Part shown: in pieces, positions 11,701 through 20,320 of the stretch
Position numbering within the stretch: the stretch's first letter is position 1
How the letters are laid out: the number at the start of each line of letters is the position of its first letter
Assembly (NCBI GenBank): GCA_963781585.1
Contig: CAWAGQ010000004.1
Span: 160,001 to 224,000, forward strand
Reading direction: 5' to 3'
Source of the DNA: an uncultured Gemmatimonadaceae bacterium
GTDB taxonomy: Bacteria; Gemmatimonadota; Gemmatimonadetes; Gemmatimonadales; Gemmatimonadaceae
DNA length: 64,000 nt
The notes under the pieces: generated by a model
Told to the model about the DNA's origin: nothing
The model's database searches: none
What the model saw: the letters and a program-made list of their open reading frames with translations, nothing else
Translations under genes and position numbers: made by a program

Positions 11701-12062
11701 GGGAGCAGCATCCGGTGCCGCAGTGCCTCGGTCACCCCGCCGGTGCCCTCGCCAAGGTCGCCGGTGACATTGTTCTGCGCGAAGTCTCCGCGCGACCGGT
11801 ACAGGATGATCGGCTTCTTCTCGCGGAACTGGTGGTCGAGCAGGCGCGACAGCCGTGCGTACGAGCGCTCCGCCATTCGAGCCGCGTCGGTGACCGCCTC
11901 GCGCTCCTCCGGATAGAAGTAGATCTGGAAGTGCGCGGTCTCCTTCACTTTCCAGCGGAAGCGATCGTACTGGACCTGGTTCTGCCCGAAGTACTGCTGG
12001 GCATGAAGCGGCGAGGCACTTCCCAGGGCGAGAATCGCCCCGATCACTGGTGCGAGCTTCAT
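8799..12062 (-). CDS. Omp85/BamA-family outer-membrane protein with N-terminal zincin-like domain and PD40/TolB-like propeller
   Basis: Signal peptide; HEMVH...WFMEGMAEY; repeated P.(W/F)SPDGK; barrel region with GSRFALASVELRFP, YGMGIR and terminal Phe. Confidence 0.85.
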   Translation of the reverse strand: MKLAPVIGAILALGSASPLHAQQYFGQNQVQYDRFRWKVKETAHFQIYFYPEEREAVTDAARMAERSYARLSRLLDHQFREKKPIILYRSRGDFAQNNVTGDLGEGTGGVTEALRHRMLLPFTGDYKSFEHVLTHEMVHAFQYDIFARGRAGNGLQTLAQLEPPLWFMEGMAEYLSLGPGHVLTQAWVRDAALNGHLPTIQQMTTDPQDYFPYRYGEALWEYVGERWGDDVIGEIMNSVPNVGVERAFKRELGLTLEELSDEWREAMQVKHLPQVADLERARKFAEPLLNQRRSGGFAQIFVAPALSPDGKLITFIAQGSWLRGEVFPDLWLGDAETGKRIARLVKSTTSADFEELRLLYSQSAFSPDGKYLAFTAQRDGRDVLYVMEIQHRSNIKRYDLGLEWVTSPAWSPDGKQIVVSGTSTGITDLFIVDCETGKARQILNDKYGDEQPAWSPDGRTIAFATERGGDTDLDLLRLAPWHIATYDLQSGTVSVLPGQGGLNLNPQWAPDGKSIAYISDRTGIANIFLYDLDTKQHYQLTNVIGAVSAFTEYSPAITWAHRADKLAFTYYENGDYTIWMVKNPRHLKKDPYRPKPQPAQVIAAAKSPREADVKAAQAARAAEMLRAIETATRAADSTRGDSSQQISVYRSSTGIRPSDEAPSAAERSGVAPVSVAQLLDSADLALPDTTTFKEYDYKVAFQPEAVARPSIGYTQNTYGRGLAGGAGILLSDLLGNNQLVLEGQVNGRLSEALFYAGYTNLGNRVQYTTGLSQVPYYIVDYHNAYPLGDGSSVYNEEFAISTYVMRQAFAIAMRPKNRFTRVESGATVNNVSISTQFIGRQFDAISGASTPYQVDSVLKSRGLNFIAPYLAYVSDNTLFGYTGPIAGRRYRFQIEPTVGGLRWIQYSADYRKYVPILFNFLTLAWRAQADLSVGRDETQFPKYIGRADFMRGYDHQQFTSQLCGGLINDTSSCSATELLGSRFALASVELRFPLVRRFDLGVIPLSLPPVDGLFFYDAGMAWTSGQSISLRKPADYNQNDMRYPLRSYGMGIRLNLFNLALLRWDYAIPLDRPGRKGYWVWTVGPSF

Positions 12063-12439
12063 CTGACGACTCCTTGCGGCGCAACGGCGACTACGTCGGC
12101 ATCTCCCCACAGGCGTTCGAGCTGGTAGAACGCACGCAACGTGGGATGAAAGATGTGGACCACGAAGTCCACGAAATCGATGAGGACCCAGCGCCCCTGC
12201 GCCAGGCCTTCCACATGATGGGCAGCCGCGCCCCGCTTCTTCATCCCCTCCATGACGTGCTCGGCGATGCTGCGCACGTGCGTGTCCGACGTTCCGCTCG
12301 CAATGACGAAGAAGTCGGTCATCTCGGTCACACCGTCCAGGTCCAGAATCACTACGTCGTTCGCCTTGTTGTCGAGGCAGAGCGTGGCGGCCGTCTGGGC
12401 CAAAGCGGCGCTCGGCCGGGGACTGTTCGCCGACGTCAT
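12059..12439 (-). CDS. rsfS: Ribosomal silencing factor RsfS
   Basis: DNKANDVVILDL, DFFVIASGTS..HV, WVLIDF.DFVVHIF, FYQLERLWGDA. Confidence 0.95.
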   Translation of the reverse strand: MTSANSPRPSAALAQTAATLCLDNKANDVVILDLDGVTEMTDFFVIASGTSDTHVRSIAEHVMEGMKKRGAAAHHVEGLAQGRWVLIDFVDFVVHIFHPTLRAFYQLERLWGDADVVAVAPQGVVR

Positions 12440-12779
12440 GTCGCGCGATGAAGCTCGAATCGGACCTTGTATATGATCACGCCTGGATTGTTCCGAGACT
12501 CTCCCACGCGCGGTCCGCTCCGCCCGTGGCGCTCAGTTCAAGCATAACGTCGGCGTGCGCCGCGCGAAACAGCGGAACGGCGGAGGACATGGCCGGTCAG
12601 GTGAAGGTGCGGTGTGACGGGACGAAGGGCGGCATCGCGAGCTCTCCGGCTCCCGACGACACCTACCGGGTCGCCCGTCCGCAGCGATGCCGGGCGTGGC
12701 CGTCGTCCGGTCGGTCGCCATGGTCGCTCGCGGCGCCTCTTGGCCAGAAACGCGGCCGCCGACCCGTGGACCGAGGTCC

Positions 12780-13223
12780 CTACTGCTTGATGACCCAGAC
12801 CTTGATCTCGGGCTTCACATCCGCGTGCAGCCTGATCGGCACCCGGTAGACTCCAAGTGCCTTGATCGGCTCGTGCAGGTCGACCTGGCGCTTCTCGATG
12901 TGGTATCCCTGCGACTCCAGTTGCTGCACGATGTCCGCAGCGGTCACCGAGCCAAAGAGCTTGCCTTCCTCGCCCACACGGGCCGAGAAGGTGAGGGACA
13001 CCTGCTCCACGCGCTGGGCGAGTTCGGCGGCCGTCTCACGTCGCGAGCTTTCCGCCGCCTCCAGGCGCTGTCGCTGCTGTTCGATTCGCTTCTTGTTGCC
13101 AGGGGTCGCCGCCAGCGCGATGCCCCGGGGAATGAGGTAGTTGCGCGCGTAACCCGGTGAGACCTTCACCACGTCGCCGGGCTGCCCGAGCTTTTCCACC
13201 GCCTGCTGCAGGATCACGTCCAT
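12780..13223 (-). CDS. rplI: 50S ribosomal protein L9
   Basis: LG..GDVVKVSPGYARNYLIP, GKLFGSVT, PIKALG. Confidence 0.98.
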   Translation of the reverse strand: MDVILQQAVEKLGQPGDVVKVSPGYARNYLIPRGIALAATPGNKKRIEQQRQRLEAAESSRRETAAELAQRVEQVSLTFSARVGEEGKLFGSVTAADIVQQLESQGYHIEKRQVDLHEPIKALGVYRVPIRLHADVKPEIKVWVIKQ

Positions 13224-13240
13224 CTGTTGGCCTCCGATCG

Positions 13241-14296
13241 TTAGGTCAGCGGGCGAAGACGTCCGCGCCAGTCAATCCAGGTATCCGCCAGGCCGAGACC
13301 CAGCGAAATCAACGCCACCAGGCCGATCACCGGCCAGAACACGACGGCCAGGAGGACCAGCGCCACCCGCGCCCTCGGGCGCGGCGCGACAAACCACGCC
13401 AGCACCCCCAGTCCGCCGAGGGCGTACAGCGTTCCAAAGAATACGACCAGGTTCAAGCCCAGGCTGCGCACGGCGGCCAGTGCGGGAATCACCGTCATGG
13501 CGAGCCCCGCCAGAAAGCCCCACACCATCTGATCGTTCAGTCGGAATTGTCGGAGCGGGGTGAACGGTGGCCCGACGCGGGTCCGGCTGATCCGGTGGAC
13601 CAGCCCCCAGGCGAGGGCGAGCGCCACCAGAGATTCCAGCGCGAGCAGGGCTGGAAAGAGCAGGAGCGTTGTGTTGCGAACCCCCGGTGCCTTGGCCCGC
13701 GCTTCGTTTTCCTCGACGAACCGCGCCACCTCCGGGTGATCCGCGGAGAAGCGCTGCCATTCGGGGGTCTGGGACCGTCGATCGGTGGCGTCGTTCCACG
13801 CCGCCAGCCGCCGGCTCAGTTCGTCCGAGAGGGTCCGCTCGACGCGAGAGGGCGACACATTCGACACAAGTACCACGGCGGCCGCCACCGCAAAGGTGAC
13901 GCCGAGGGTGGACAGGGCACGGGTGAGGAACGGGCGCCGCCCGCTCACCACATTCACCACGCCGAAGACGGACACCAGCACGATCGCCCACCCCCGCGCG
14001 AGTGCATCGTACGCCCCGGCCCCGTGCAGTGACCGGGCGAGCATCCACGCCGATACCGCAACCCACACGACCGCGAGCCAGAGCCGGCCGCCCATCCACC
14101 AGGCCACCAGGGTGCTCACCGCGATCAGTGGGCCGACCAGGAGAACGGTCTGTTCCATCGGGACCACCATGCGGAGCGGATCGATCCTGGGCACCAGCAG
14201 AAACAGGAACAGCGCGACCAGGATGCCGATCCAGCCTCGCTCGCGTTGCGTCTCCCGTGGCAGATCCTCGCGGCCATCATCGGGCGGATGCGAAAT
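13241..14296 (-). CDS. DUF2232/YybS-like multi-pass membrane protein; start uncertain (probable ATT at 14296, first canonical start is GTG at 14194)
   Basis: Many hydrophobic segments, C-terminal LGLADTWIDWR, and the usual position between rpsR and rplI. Confidence 0.75.
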   Translation of the reverse strand: MSHPPDDGREDLPRETQRERGWIGILVALFLFLLVPRIDPLRMVVPMEQTVLLVGPLIAVSTLVAWWMGGRLWLAVVWVAVSAWMLARSLHGAGAYDALARGWAIVLVSVFGVVNVVSGRRPFLTRALSTLGVTFAVAAAVVLVSNVSPSRVERTLSDELSRRLAAWNDATDRRSQTPEWQRFSADHPEVARFVEENEARAKAPGVRNTTLLLFPALLALESLVALALAWGLVHRISRTRVGPPFTPLRQFRLNDQMVWGFLAGLAMTVIPALAAVRSLGLNLVVFFGTLYALGGLGVLAWFVAPRPRARVALVLLAVVFWPVIGLVALISLGLGLADTWIDWRGRLRPLT

Positions 14297-14311
14297 GCGG
14301 CCTCCCGTCCC

Positions 14312-14533
14312 TCAGGCCTGGTGCCCGCGGATGTACGGAATGATCGCCAGGTACCTTGCTCGCTTGATCGCCGTGGACAACTGCCGCTGATGGCGAGCAC
14401 AGACTCCACTCAGTCGACTGGGAAGGATCTTCCCGTGGTCGGTGATGAACCGCCCCAGCGTCCGATCATCCTTGTAGTCCACATACCGAACCCGGCTCTC
14501 GCAGAATGGGCAGCTTTTCTGGGCGCGTCTCAT
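14312..14533 (-). CDS. rpsR: 30S ribosomal protein S18 (Zn-binding type)
   Basis: CPFC...[28 protein letters not shown]. Confidence 0.98.
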   Translation of the reverse strand: MRRAQKSCPFCESRVRYVDYKDDRTLGRFITDHGKILPSRLSGVCARHQRQLSTAIKRARYLAIIPYIRGHQA

Positions 14534-14536
14534 CGG

Positions 14537-14899
14537 TCAATCCTCGTCGTCATCGTCGTCCTGTCTTCGGGTGGCGGCCAGGTCTTCATCGGCGAGGCTC
14601 GCTGGCGCGCCCACCTCGTGCTCGTACAGAGTGATGAGATAGCGCACCAGGCCGTCATCGAGCCTCATCGCGCGCTCGAATTCCGGGAGCACGGCCGGAT
14701 CGACCTGGAATCGGGCGACCACGTAGTAGCCCGTCTCCCGCGGACCGATCTTGTAGGCGAGCTGTCGCCGACCCCAGTGATCGACGGTGATCTCGCCGTC
14801 CGCGTTGAGGAGCGCGTGGAAGCGGGTCAGCTTCTCCTGAATGGCGGTGTCTTCGAGCGCGGAGTCGAAGAGGTACACCGCTTCATAGCGGCGCGTCAT
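14537..14899 (-). CDS. rpsF: 30S ribosomal protein S6
   Basis: RRYEAVYLF, WGRRQLAYKI, GYYVV, acidic tail. Confidence 0.97.
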   Translation of the reverse strand: MTRRYEAVYLFDSALEDTAIQEKLTRFHALLNADGEITVDHWGRRQLAYKIGPRETGYYVVARFQVDPAVLPEFERAMRLDDGLVRYLITLYEHEVGAPASLADEDLAATRRQDDDDDED

Positions 14900-14910
14900 G
14901 CGATGGCAAT

Positions 14911-14965
14911 CCTCCCTGTGGTCTGATGCCGCCTCTCGCCGGTTGCCTGGGTGAGAGGAGGGGGC
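14911..14965 (-). promoter_or_regulatory. Probable S6:S18 ribosomal-protein leader RNA
   Basis: Minus strand reads CCCCCT-CCTCTC...GAGAGG-CGGCATCAGA-CCA-CAGGGAGG: a hairpin, a CCR motif and a pyrimidine tract able to pair with the SD, directly upstream of rpsF. Confidence 0.5.
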
Positions 14966-15174
14966 CGTGTCGGCCGGCACATCGGTTGTTGTGAGGGGCG
15001 AAAGGTAGTTAGTTAGAGTGAGTTGCGGGAGGCCGCCCGGCAGGCGGAAGCGGTGACACCCGCCAGCAATACCTCGCATCCCGCGTGTTCCGCCGGCAGC
15101 GCGTGCCCCGGGGACGCGTGTCGCCGACCATGCGCGCATCCTTGACGCGCGTCCTCTCCCGCGACGCCCTTTCC

Positions 15175-15849
15175 ATGTGCGGCCGTTTTGGCTTGACCCG
15201 ACCGGAGCGACTGGACCTGCACCGATTTGGCGTTGCCGCCTTTCCGCAACTCGAGCCGCGGTTCAACATCTGCCCAGGGACCGACGTCCTTGCCGTGCGC
15301 GAGCGGAATGGCGAGCGCCGAGCCGAGTTTCTGCACTGGGGACTCATCCCCTACTGGGCGACCGATCCCGGCATGGGGGACCGACTGGCCAATGCCCGTG
15401 CCGACACGGCATACGAGCGGCCGACCTTCCGCGCGCCCATGCGCAGCCGTCGATGCCTCATCCCGGCGGATGTGTTCTACGAGTGGCAGGTGGTGCCTGG
15501 CGAGCGACGCAAGCAGCCGTACGCCGTGCGGCTCAAAGGCGCGGAACCGTTTGCCCTGGCGGGCCTGTGGGACTACTGGCGTCCGACCGAAGGCGGGGAC
15601 GGCATCGCGAGCTGTACGATTCTCACGACCGACGCCAACACGCTCATGACCCCGATTCACGATCGCATGCCGGTGATAATACGCCCGAACCGATATCGGA
15701 GCTGGCTGGATCAGCGCACTCCGGTGCCGGCCGTCAAGGACATGCTGCAGTCGTACGATTCGTCGGAAATGGAGGCGTGGCCCGTGTCTCTTCGCGTGAA
15801 CAACCCGCGGGAGGACGATCCCGGCGTGCTCGATCCCGCTGCGTCCTAG
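15175..15849 (+). CDS. SOS response-associated peptidase (SRAP/YedK/HMCES), abasic-site protecting protein
   Basis: N-terminal MCGRF (catalytic Cys2), RFNICP, WGLIPYW, NARADT, FYEW, IHDRMPVI, VNN. Confidence 0.95.
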   Translation: MCGRFGLTRPERLDLHRFGVAAFPQLEPRFNICPGTDVLAVRERNGERRAEFLHWGLIPYWATDPGMGDRLANARADTAYERPTFRAPMRSRRCLIPADVFYEWQVVPGERRKQPYAVRLKGAEPFALAGLWDYWRPTEGGDGIASCTILTTDANTLMTPIHDRMPVIIRPNRYRSWLDQRTPVPAVKDMLQSYDSSEMEAWPVSLRVNNPREDDPGVLDPAAS

Positions 15850-15860
15850 ATCGGCGGTTA

Positions 15861-16490
15861 TCAGGGCGTTTCCAACCCGCCGTCGACGGGTGGCGGCGGC
15901 TCCTTCGCCTTGTCTCCGCGCCGATTGAACCGGCTCATGGCCTTCTCGATCCCTTCGGTCATCCAGCATTCGACTGCAGCGGTGATGTCGGGCAGGAGGT
16001 CGGTCACGATGGCCTTCTCCTGCTTCCCCATCCGATCGAGGACGTAATCGGCGAGATCTCCGCTGCGATCGCGCAGGAGTGGGGGCCCGACGCCGACACG
16101 CAGTCGCGGATACTGCGTCCCTCCCACCGCGGACTCGACGGACTTGAGTCCGTTGTGCCCGCCCGAGCTTCCCTGGGCGCGCAGCCTGAACTGGCCCACT
16201 GCAAGCGCCACGTCGTCCACGATCACGAGGAGGTCGGCGCTCGCGGATAACCGTGCGTCACGGAGAAACGGGCCCAGGGCATCACCGCTCAGGTTCATGT
16301 ACGTCGTCGGCTTGAGCAGCCGCACGTCGAGGGAGCCCAGGCGTCCGCGGCACATCTCGGCGTTGAAACTCCGGCGCCACCGATCGAAATGCCACACGTC
16401 GGCCAGATGGTCCACCACCCACCAGCCGACGTTGTGGCGCGTGTGCGCGTAGGAGCGACCGGGGTTCCCCAGGCCAACGATGAGTTTCAC
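15861..16490 (-). CDS. pth: Peptidyl-tRNA hydrolase
   Basis: LIVGLGNPG..Y..TRHNVG, KPTTYMNLSG, GGHNGLKS. Confidence 0.97.
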   Translation of the reverse strand: MKLIVGLGNPGRSYAHTRHNVGWWVVDHLADVWHFDRWRRSFNAEMCRGRLGSLDVRLLKPTTYMNLSGDALGPFLRDARLSASADLLVIVDDVALAVGQFRLRAQGSSGGHNGLKSVESAVGGTQYPRLRVGVGPPLLRDRSGDLADYVLDRMGKQEKAIVTDLLPDITAAVECWMTEGIEKAMSRFNRRGDKAKEPPPPVDGGLETP

Positions 16491-16504
16491 CTATCGGGGG
16501 GCGA

Positions 16505-17170
16505 CTACTCCTCCCCCTCCTCTCCGGCTTCCTCCTCTTCCTTCGGCTTGCGGATCAGCTCCGGCTCCGTCGGAACCTCGGTTTCGGTACCGGCTACCGG
16601 CGTCTCCTCCTGCGCCTTGGGGGCCGCGACCACGGCGATCGTCTCCTCGGCGTCGTCCAGAACTTCCACGCCCTCGGGCACCATGATTTCACCCACGTGC
16701 ACCGAATGGCCGATGCTGACGTTGGTGACGTCCACCGTGATGTGACTCGGCATGTGCGCCGGGTCGACGTGGCACTCGAGCTCCTGCATCACCTGGCTCA
16801 GGATGCCGCCGGACGTCCGCACGCCTTCTGGAATCCCCTGGAGGACAATGGGAATGCGGACGGTGACCTTCTCGCCCGCGACCAGCTCCTGGAAGTCGAC
16901 GTGCAGCACGTCGCGGCGAATGGGATGGCGCTGGATCTCGCGGATCAAGGTGCGCGCCACCGACCCGTCGACGGTCAGCTCGATGACGGTGGTCTCAGCC
17001 GCGATCCGCTCCAGGAGGCGCTCGAGATCGGTGGCATTCACCGACAGCGATTGGGGCGGTCGGGACCGGCCGTAGATGATGGCCGGAATCTGCCCCTGCT
17101 GGCGAAGAGTGCGTGCGGCGCCCTTGCCGGAGTCGGCGCGCGGATTGGCGGAGAGGGTGGCGTTGGACAT
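16505..17170 (-). CDS. rplY: 50S ribosomal protein L25 / general stress protein Ctc
   Basis: GKGAARTLR..GQIPAIIYG, QRHP....LHVDF, Ctc C-terminal domain, acidic tail. Confidence 0.96.
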   Translation of the reverse strand: MSNATLSANPRADSGKGAARTLRQQGQIPAIIYGRSRPPQSLSVNATDLERLLERIAAETTVIELTVDGSVARTLIREIQRHPIRRDVLHVDFQELVAGEKVTVRIPIVLQGIPEGVRTSGGILSQVMQELECHVDPAHMPSHITVDVTNVSIGHSVHVGEIMVPEGVEVLDDAEETIAVVAAPKAQEETPVAGTETEVPTEPELIRKPKEEEEAGEEGEE

Positions 17171-17260
17171 GCGTTTGAGAAGAGTAAGGGGTCTGGCTGG
17201 AAATTCGAGGGCTGCGAAGCGAGCCGCGGCCGGGTCAACTGGCAGGAATGCAGCGGGGCG

Positions 17261-18223
17261 CTAGTCCTCCGCCTCGAACAGGCCCGACAGCGACCTGTCG
17301 TCGTGGGTGTTCTTGATGGCCCTGGCGAGCAGCGGGCCGACCGAAAGGACGGTCAGCGTGGAGAACCGCTTTGATTCGGGGACGGCGATGGAATCCGTAA
17401 TTACCACTTCGCGAATTGGCGCTTCACAGAGACGGTGGACTGCGGGGCCCGAGAGCAGGCCGTGGGTGGCGCAGACGTAGATGTCGCGGGCGCCGAGCTC
17501 TTTCAGTGTCCGGGCCGTTTCGGTGACGGTGCCGGCGGTATCGATCATGTCATCGGGAATGACGCAGTCACGCCCATCCACCTCACCCACCAGGTTGAGC
17601 ACCTCAGCCACGTTAGGCATGGGGCGCCGCTTGTCGATCAGCGCGATCGAGGCGTCGAGTCGCTTCGCGAAGCCGCGCGCCATCTTCGCCGAGCCCACGT
17701 CGGGCGCAACAACCACCAGGTCGGTGAACTGCTTCTTCCTGAAGTGAGAGACGAACACCGGCGCGGCGTACAGATGATCGACCGGGATGTCGAAGAACCC
17801 CTGCAACTGATGCTGATGAAAATCGAGGCCGAGGAGTCGGTCGGCACCGGCGGCCTCGATCATGTTGGCCAGCAGCTTCGCCCCGATCGACACGCGCGGC
17901 TGGTCTTTCCGGTCCTGCCGTGAATATCCGTAGTAGGGCATGACGCCGGTCACGCGCTTGGCCGACGCGCGGCGCGCCGCGTCGATCAGGAGCAGGAACT
18001 CCATCACGTTTTCCGCCGGCGGGTTCGTTGGCTGCACGATGAACACGTCCGCGCCACGGACGTTCTCGTCGATCCGGACAAAGATTTCGCCGTCGGCGAA
18101 CCGCGTCAGCGTCACCTTGCACAGGTCGACCCCGAGATGGCGGGCGATCTCCCGGGCCAGACCTTCATTGGCAGTTCCCGCAATGAGCTTGAACCCGCGG
18201 AATCCGCCCGGCAGATGGTCCAT
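17261..18223 (-). CDS. prs: Ribose-phosphate pyrophosphokinase
   Basis: FADGE, PYYGYSRQDRK, VAPDVG, DDMIDTAGT. Confidence 0.97.
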   Translation of the reverse strand: MDHLPGGFRGFKLIAGTANEGLAREIARHLGVDLCKVTLTRFADGEIFVRIDENVRGADVFIVQPTNPPAENVMEFLLLIDAARRASAKRVTGVMPYYGYSRQDRKDQPRVSIGAKLLANMIEAAGADRLLGLDFHQHQLQGFFDIPVDHLYAAPVFVSHFRKKQFTDLVVVAPDVGSAKMARGFAKRLDASIALIDKRRPMPNVAEVLNLVGEVDGRDCVIPDDMIDTAGTVTETARTLKELGARDIYVCATHGLLSGPAVHRLCEAPIREVVITDSIAVPESKRFSTLTVLSVGPLLARAIKNTHDDRSLSGLFEAED

Positions 18224-18279
18224 GACCGTACTCGGCACCTCGGTGGGGGCTCGTGTGTAACCCTGCGCGCGCCAACGCA

Positions 18280-18350
18280 TTGCCCCCGGTGGATTCGAAC
18301 CACCATTCTCGGATCCAAAGTCCGATGTCCTGCCGTTGGACGAGGGGGCA
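18280..18350 (-). tRNA. tRNA-Gln(TTG), CCA not encoded
   Basis: Minus strand TGCCCCC...GGGGGCA acceptor stem, anticodon arm TCGGA-CT-TTG-GA-TCCGA, T-loop GGTTCGAATCC. Conserved ispE-tRNA-Gln-prs order. Confidence 0.95.
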
Positions 18351-18367
18351 ATCGCGAGTCCCCAAAC

Positions 18368-19288
18368 CTAGTCGATCCGAACTACAGGCTCAACGCGCTC
18401 GGCGGTGGCGGTTTCGATGATCGACACGCCCGGTTCGTCCACGCGCCAGCTGGCCGGACCAGCGCCGTCGGCCGACGGCGCTCCAGCGAGGGCGACGACC
18501 GCCGAGCCGGATCCCGACAGCAGGCAGATGGAACCGGTTCCGAGGAGACTGGCGGCACCGCGACTGCGCAGCGTGTTGAGCAGTCGGGCGATGACGGGCT
18601 CGTGGCCCGCGACCGGGCGCTCGAAGTCGTTGTGGACCCAACCGGCGACCGCCGGCCACGACCGGAGGGCCTGGGATGGCAGCACGACGGCCGGCGACGC
18701 CTGCGGGTCCTGGTCGATCCACTGGTAGGCGTCGTGGGTCGACACCGATACCGAGGGCATGAACACCCAGCCGCGGCGCGCCGTCAATGGCGGCAGGGCA
18801 AGCAGCCGCTCTCCGCGGCCCCACCCCAGGGCCAGCGGCGAGACGTCCTGTGTGAGAAAGGGAACGTCGGCGCCTAACGAGCCCGCCAGGGAAATCAGCA
18901 ATTCGGGCTCCACGGGACGCGGATTCAGCGCATTCAGACCCCGGAGCACGGCGCCGGCATCGGCGCTCCCGCCACCAAGGCCCGCGCCCACCGGAATCCG
19001 CTTGCGTATCCCGATCGCGAATCCGGTTGGCCACCCGGCGCGCTCGCGGTAGGCGGATGCCGCCCGCCACGCGAGGTTGTCTTCGACCGGACCCAGTCGC
19101 TCCAGCGAAACGCCCTCGCCGTCGCAGTCCAGCGACCGGTCACGCGCCGGCGCGCGCACCGTCACATCGTCGCCGAGCGCCAGCCGGCAGTAGAGCGTCT
19201 CCACCTGATGGAAGCCCGTGACGTCGCGGGCCAGGACGCGCAGAAAGAGGTTGACCTTCGCCTGGGCGAGCAGCCGCGCGGCACCCAT
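18368..19288 (-). CDS. ispE: 4-diphosphocytidyl-2-C-methyl-D-erythritol kinase
   Basis: AKVNLFL, KRIPVGAGLGGGSADA, LGADVPF, NDFE, LSGSGS. Confidence 0.95.
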   Translation of the reverse strand: MGAARLLAQAKVNLFLRVLARDVTGFHQVETLYCRLALGDDVTVRAPARDRSLDCDGEGVSLERLGPVEDNLAWRAASAYRERAGWPTGFAIGIRKRIPVGAGLGGGSADAGAVLRGLNALNPRPVEPELLISLAGSLGADVPFLTQDVSPLALGWGRGERLLALPPLTARRGWVFMPSVSVSTHDAYQWIDQDPQASPAVVLPSQALRSWPAVAGWVHNDFERPVAGHEPVIARLLNTLRSRGAASLLGTGSICLLSGSGSAVVALAGAPSADGAGPASWRVDEPGVSIIETATAERVEPVVRID

Positions 19289-19292
19289 GGGT

Positions 19293-20315
19293 TCAGTGCT
19301 CGACGGCGGGGGCGCTCAGGTCGCGGAAGTGCAATCCGAGCCCCGCGAAGTACCAGAGACCGATTACCGTGATCGGAATGAACGAGAGCAGGTGGTATCC
19401 AATCGCGAAACTCACGGCCACCGTTTCGTCGACGCCGTAGACGGTCAACCCGGCCTTCGAGATGGCCTCGAAGACACCGAAAAACCCGGGTGACGAGGGA
19501 ATGGCCACGCCCAGGGCGAGCAGGCTCTGAATGAAGATCGCCGCCGAGAACGGGGCGGTAATGCCGAACGCCCGAAAGGCGAGCCAGAACGAGACACCGT
19601 TCACCCCCCACTGCACCAGGCTCCAGGCGAGCACGATGGCGAACCGTCCCGGATCGCGAAGCACGCCGAGTCCCGACGCGAACGAGAGCAACAGGCCCCG
19701 GCCGCGCTCGGCGAATCGCGGGAGCAGCCGGCCAGCCGCTGCGTCCCACAGGCGGAGCATGGTCTGCGGAAAGAAGGCGATGACGGCGATGAAGACGAGC
19801 GCCGACAGCGCGACCACCGCCCCCAGCAGGAGCCAGTGCTCCGCCGGCCGCCCCCCGATCCTGGTGCCGCGGGGAAACGAGGGAGCGACCACCACCACCA
19901 GCAGGAACGCCAGTATCGCGATGCCGTCGAAGATCCGATCCACGGCCAGCGATCCGAGCGCGGCGGCAAAGGAGACGCGCGACGACTCACGCGCCGTTTC
20001 GCGGGTGAGCGTGAAGGCGCGCGCCAGCTCCCCGGCCCTGGCCGGAACGACGTTGTTGACCATCATCCCGATCGCCGTCGATCGCCAGAGCGCGCCATAT
20101 GACACATCGGGCGCCACCGGATGGAGGATGTATCTCCATCGCCACGCGCGGATCGGAAAGGCCGTGGTGGCGACGGCGACCGCGGCCAGCAGCAGGTACA
20201 CATTGGCGCCGCGCAGGATCTGCCAGACCCGCGCCAGCGACACGTCGTGCAGGGTCCAGTAGAGGAGCGCGACGCTGAGGGCCATGCCTAAAGCGCCGCG
20301 CCATCCGATGCGCAT
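19293..20315 (-). CDS. Lysylphosphatidylglycerol synthase TM-domain (flippase-like) membrane protein
   Basis: RAWRW, NNVVPARAGE.AR, DRIFDG, IPSSPGFFGVFE; multi-pass hydrophobic. Confidence 0.85.
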   Translation of the reverse strand: MRIGWRGALGMALSVALLYWTLHDVSLARVWQILRGANVYLLLAAVAVATTAFPIRAWRWRYILHPVAPDVSYGALWRSTAIGMMVNNVVPARAGELARAFTLTRETARESSRVSFAAALGSLAVDRIFDGIAILAFLLVVVVAPSFPRGTRIGGRPAEHWLLLGAVVALSALVFIAVIAFFPQTMLRLWDAAAGRLLPRFAERGRGLLLSFASGLGVLRDPGRFAIVLAWSLVQWGVNGVSFWLAFRAFGITAPFSAAIFIQSLLALGVAIPSSPGFFGVFEAISKAGLTVYGVDETVAVSFAIGYHLLSFIPITVIGLWYFAGLGLHFRDLSAPAVEH

Positions 20316-20320
20316 CGACC

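Noticed and set aside
12440..12779. Gene or ncRNA in the rplI-rsfS gap
   Set aside because: The candidate ORFs are Arg/Pro-rich noise, and I could not identify a known RNA structure.
14312..14314. Selenocysteine read-through of the rpsR TGA into the DUF2232 frame, given selA in the window
   Set aside because: S18 ends at its normal length, there is no redox-motif context or convincing SECIS, and an SD plus ATT start explains the frame more simply.
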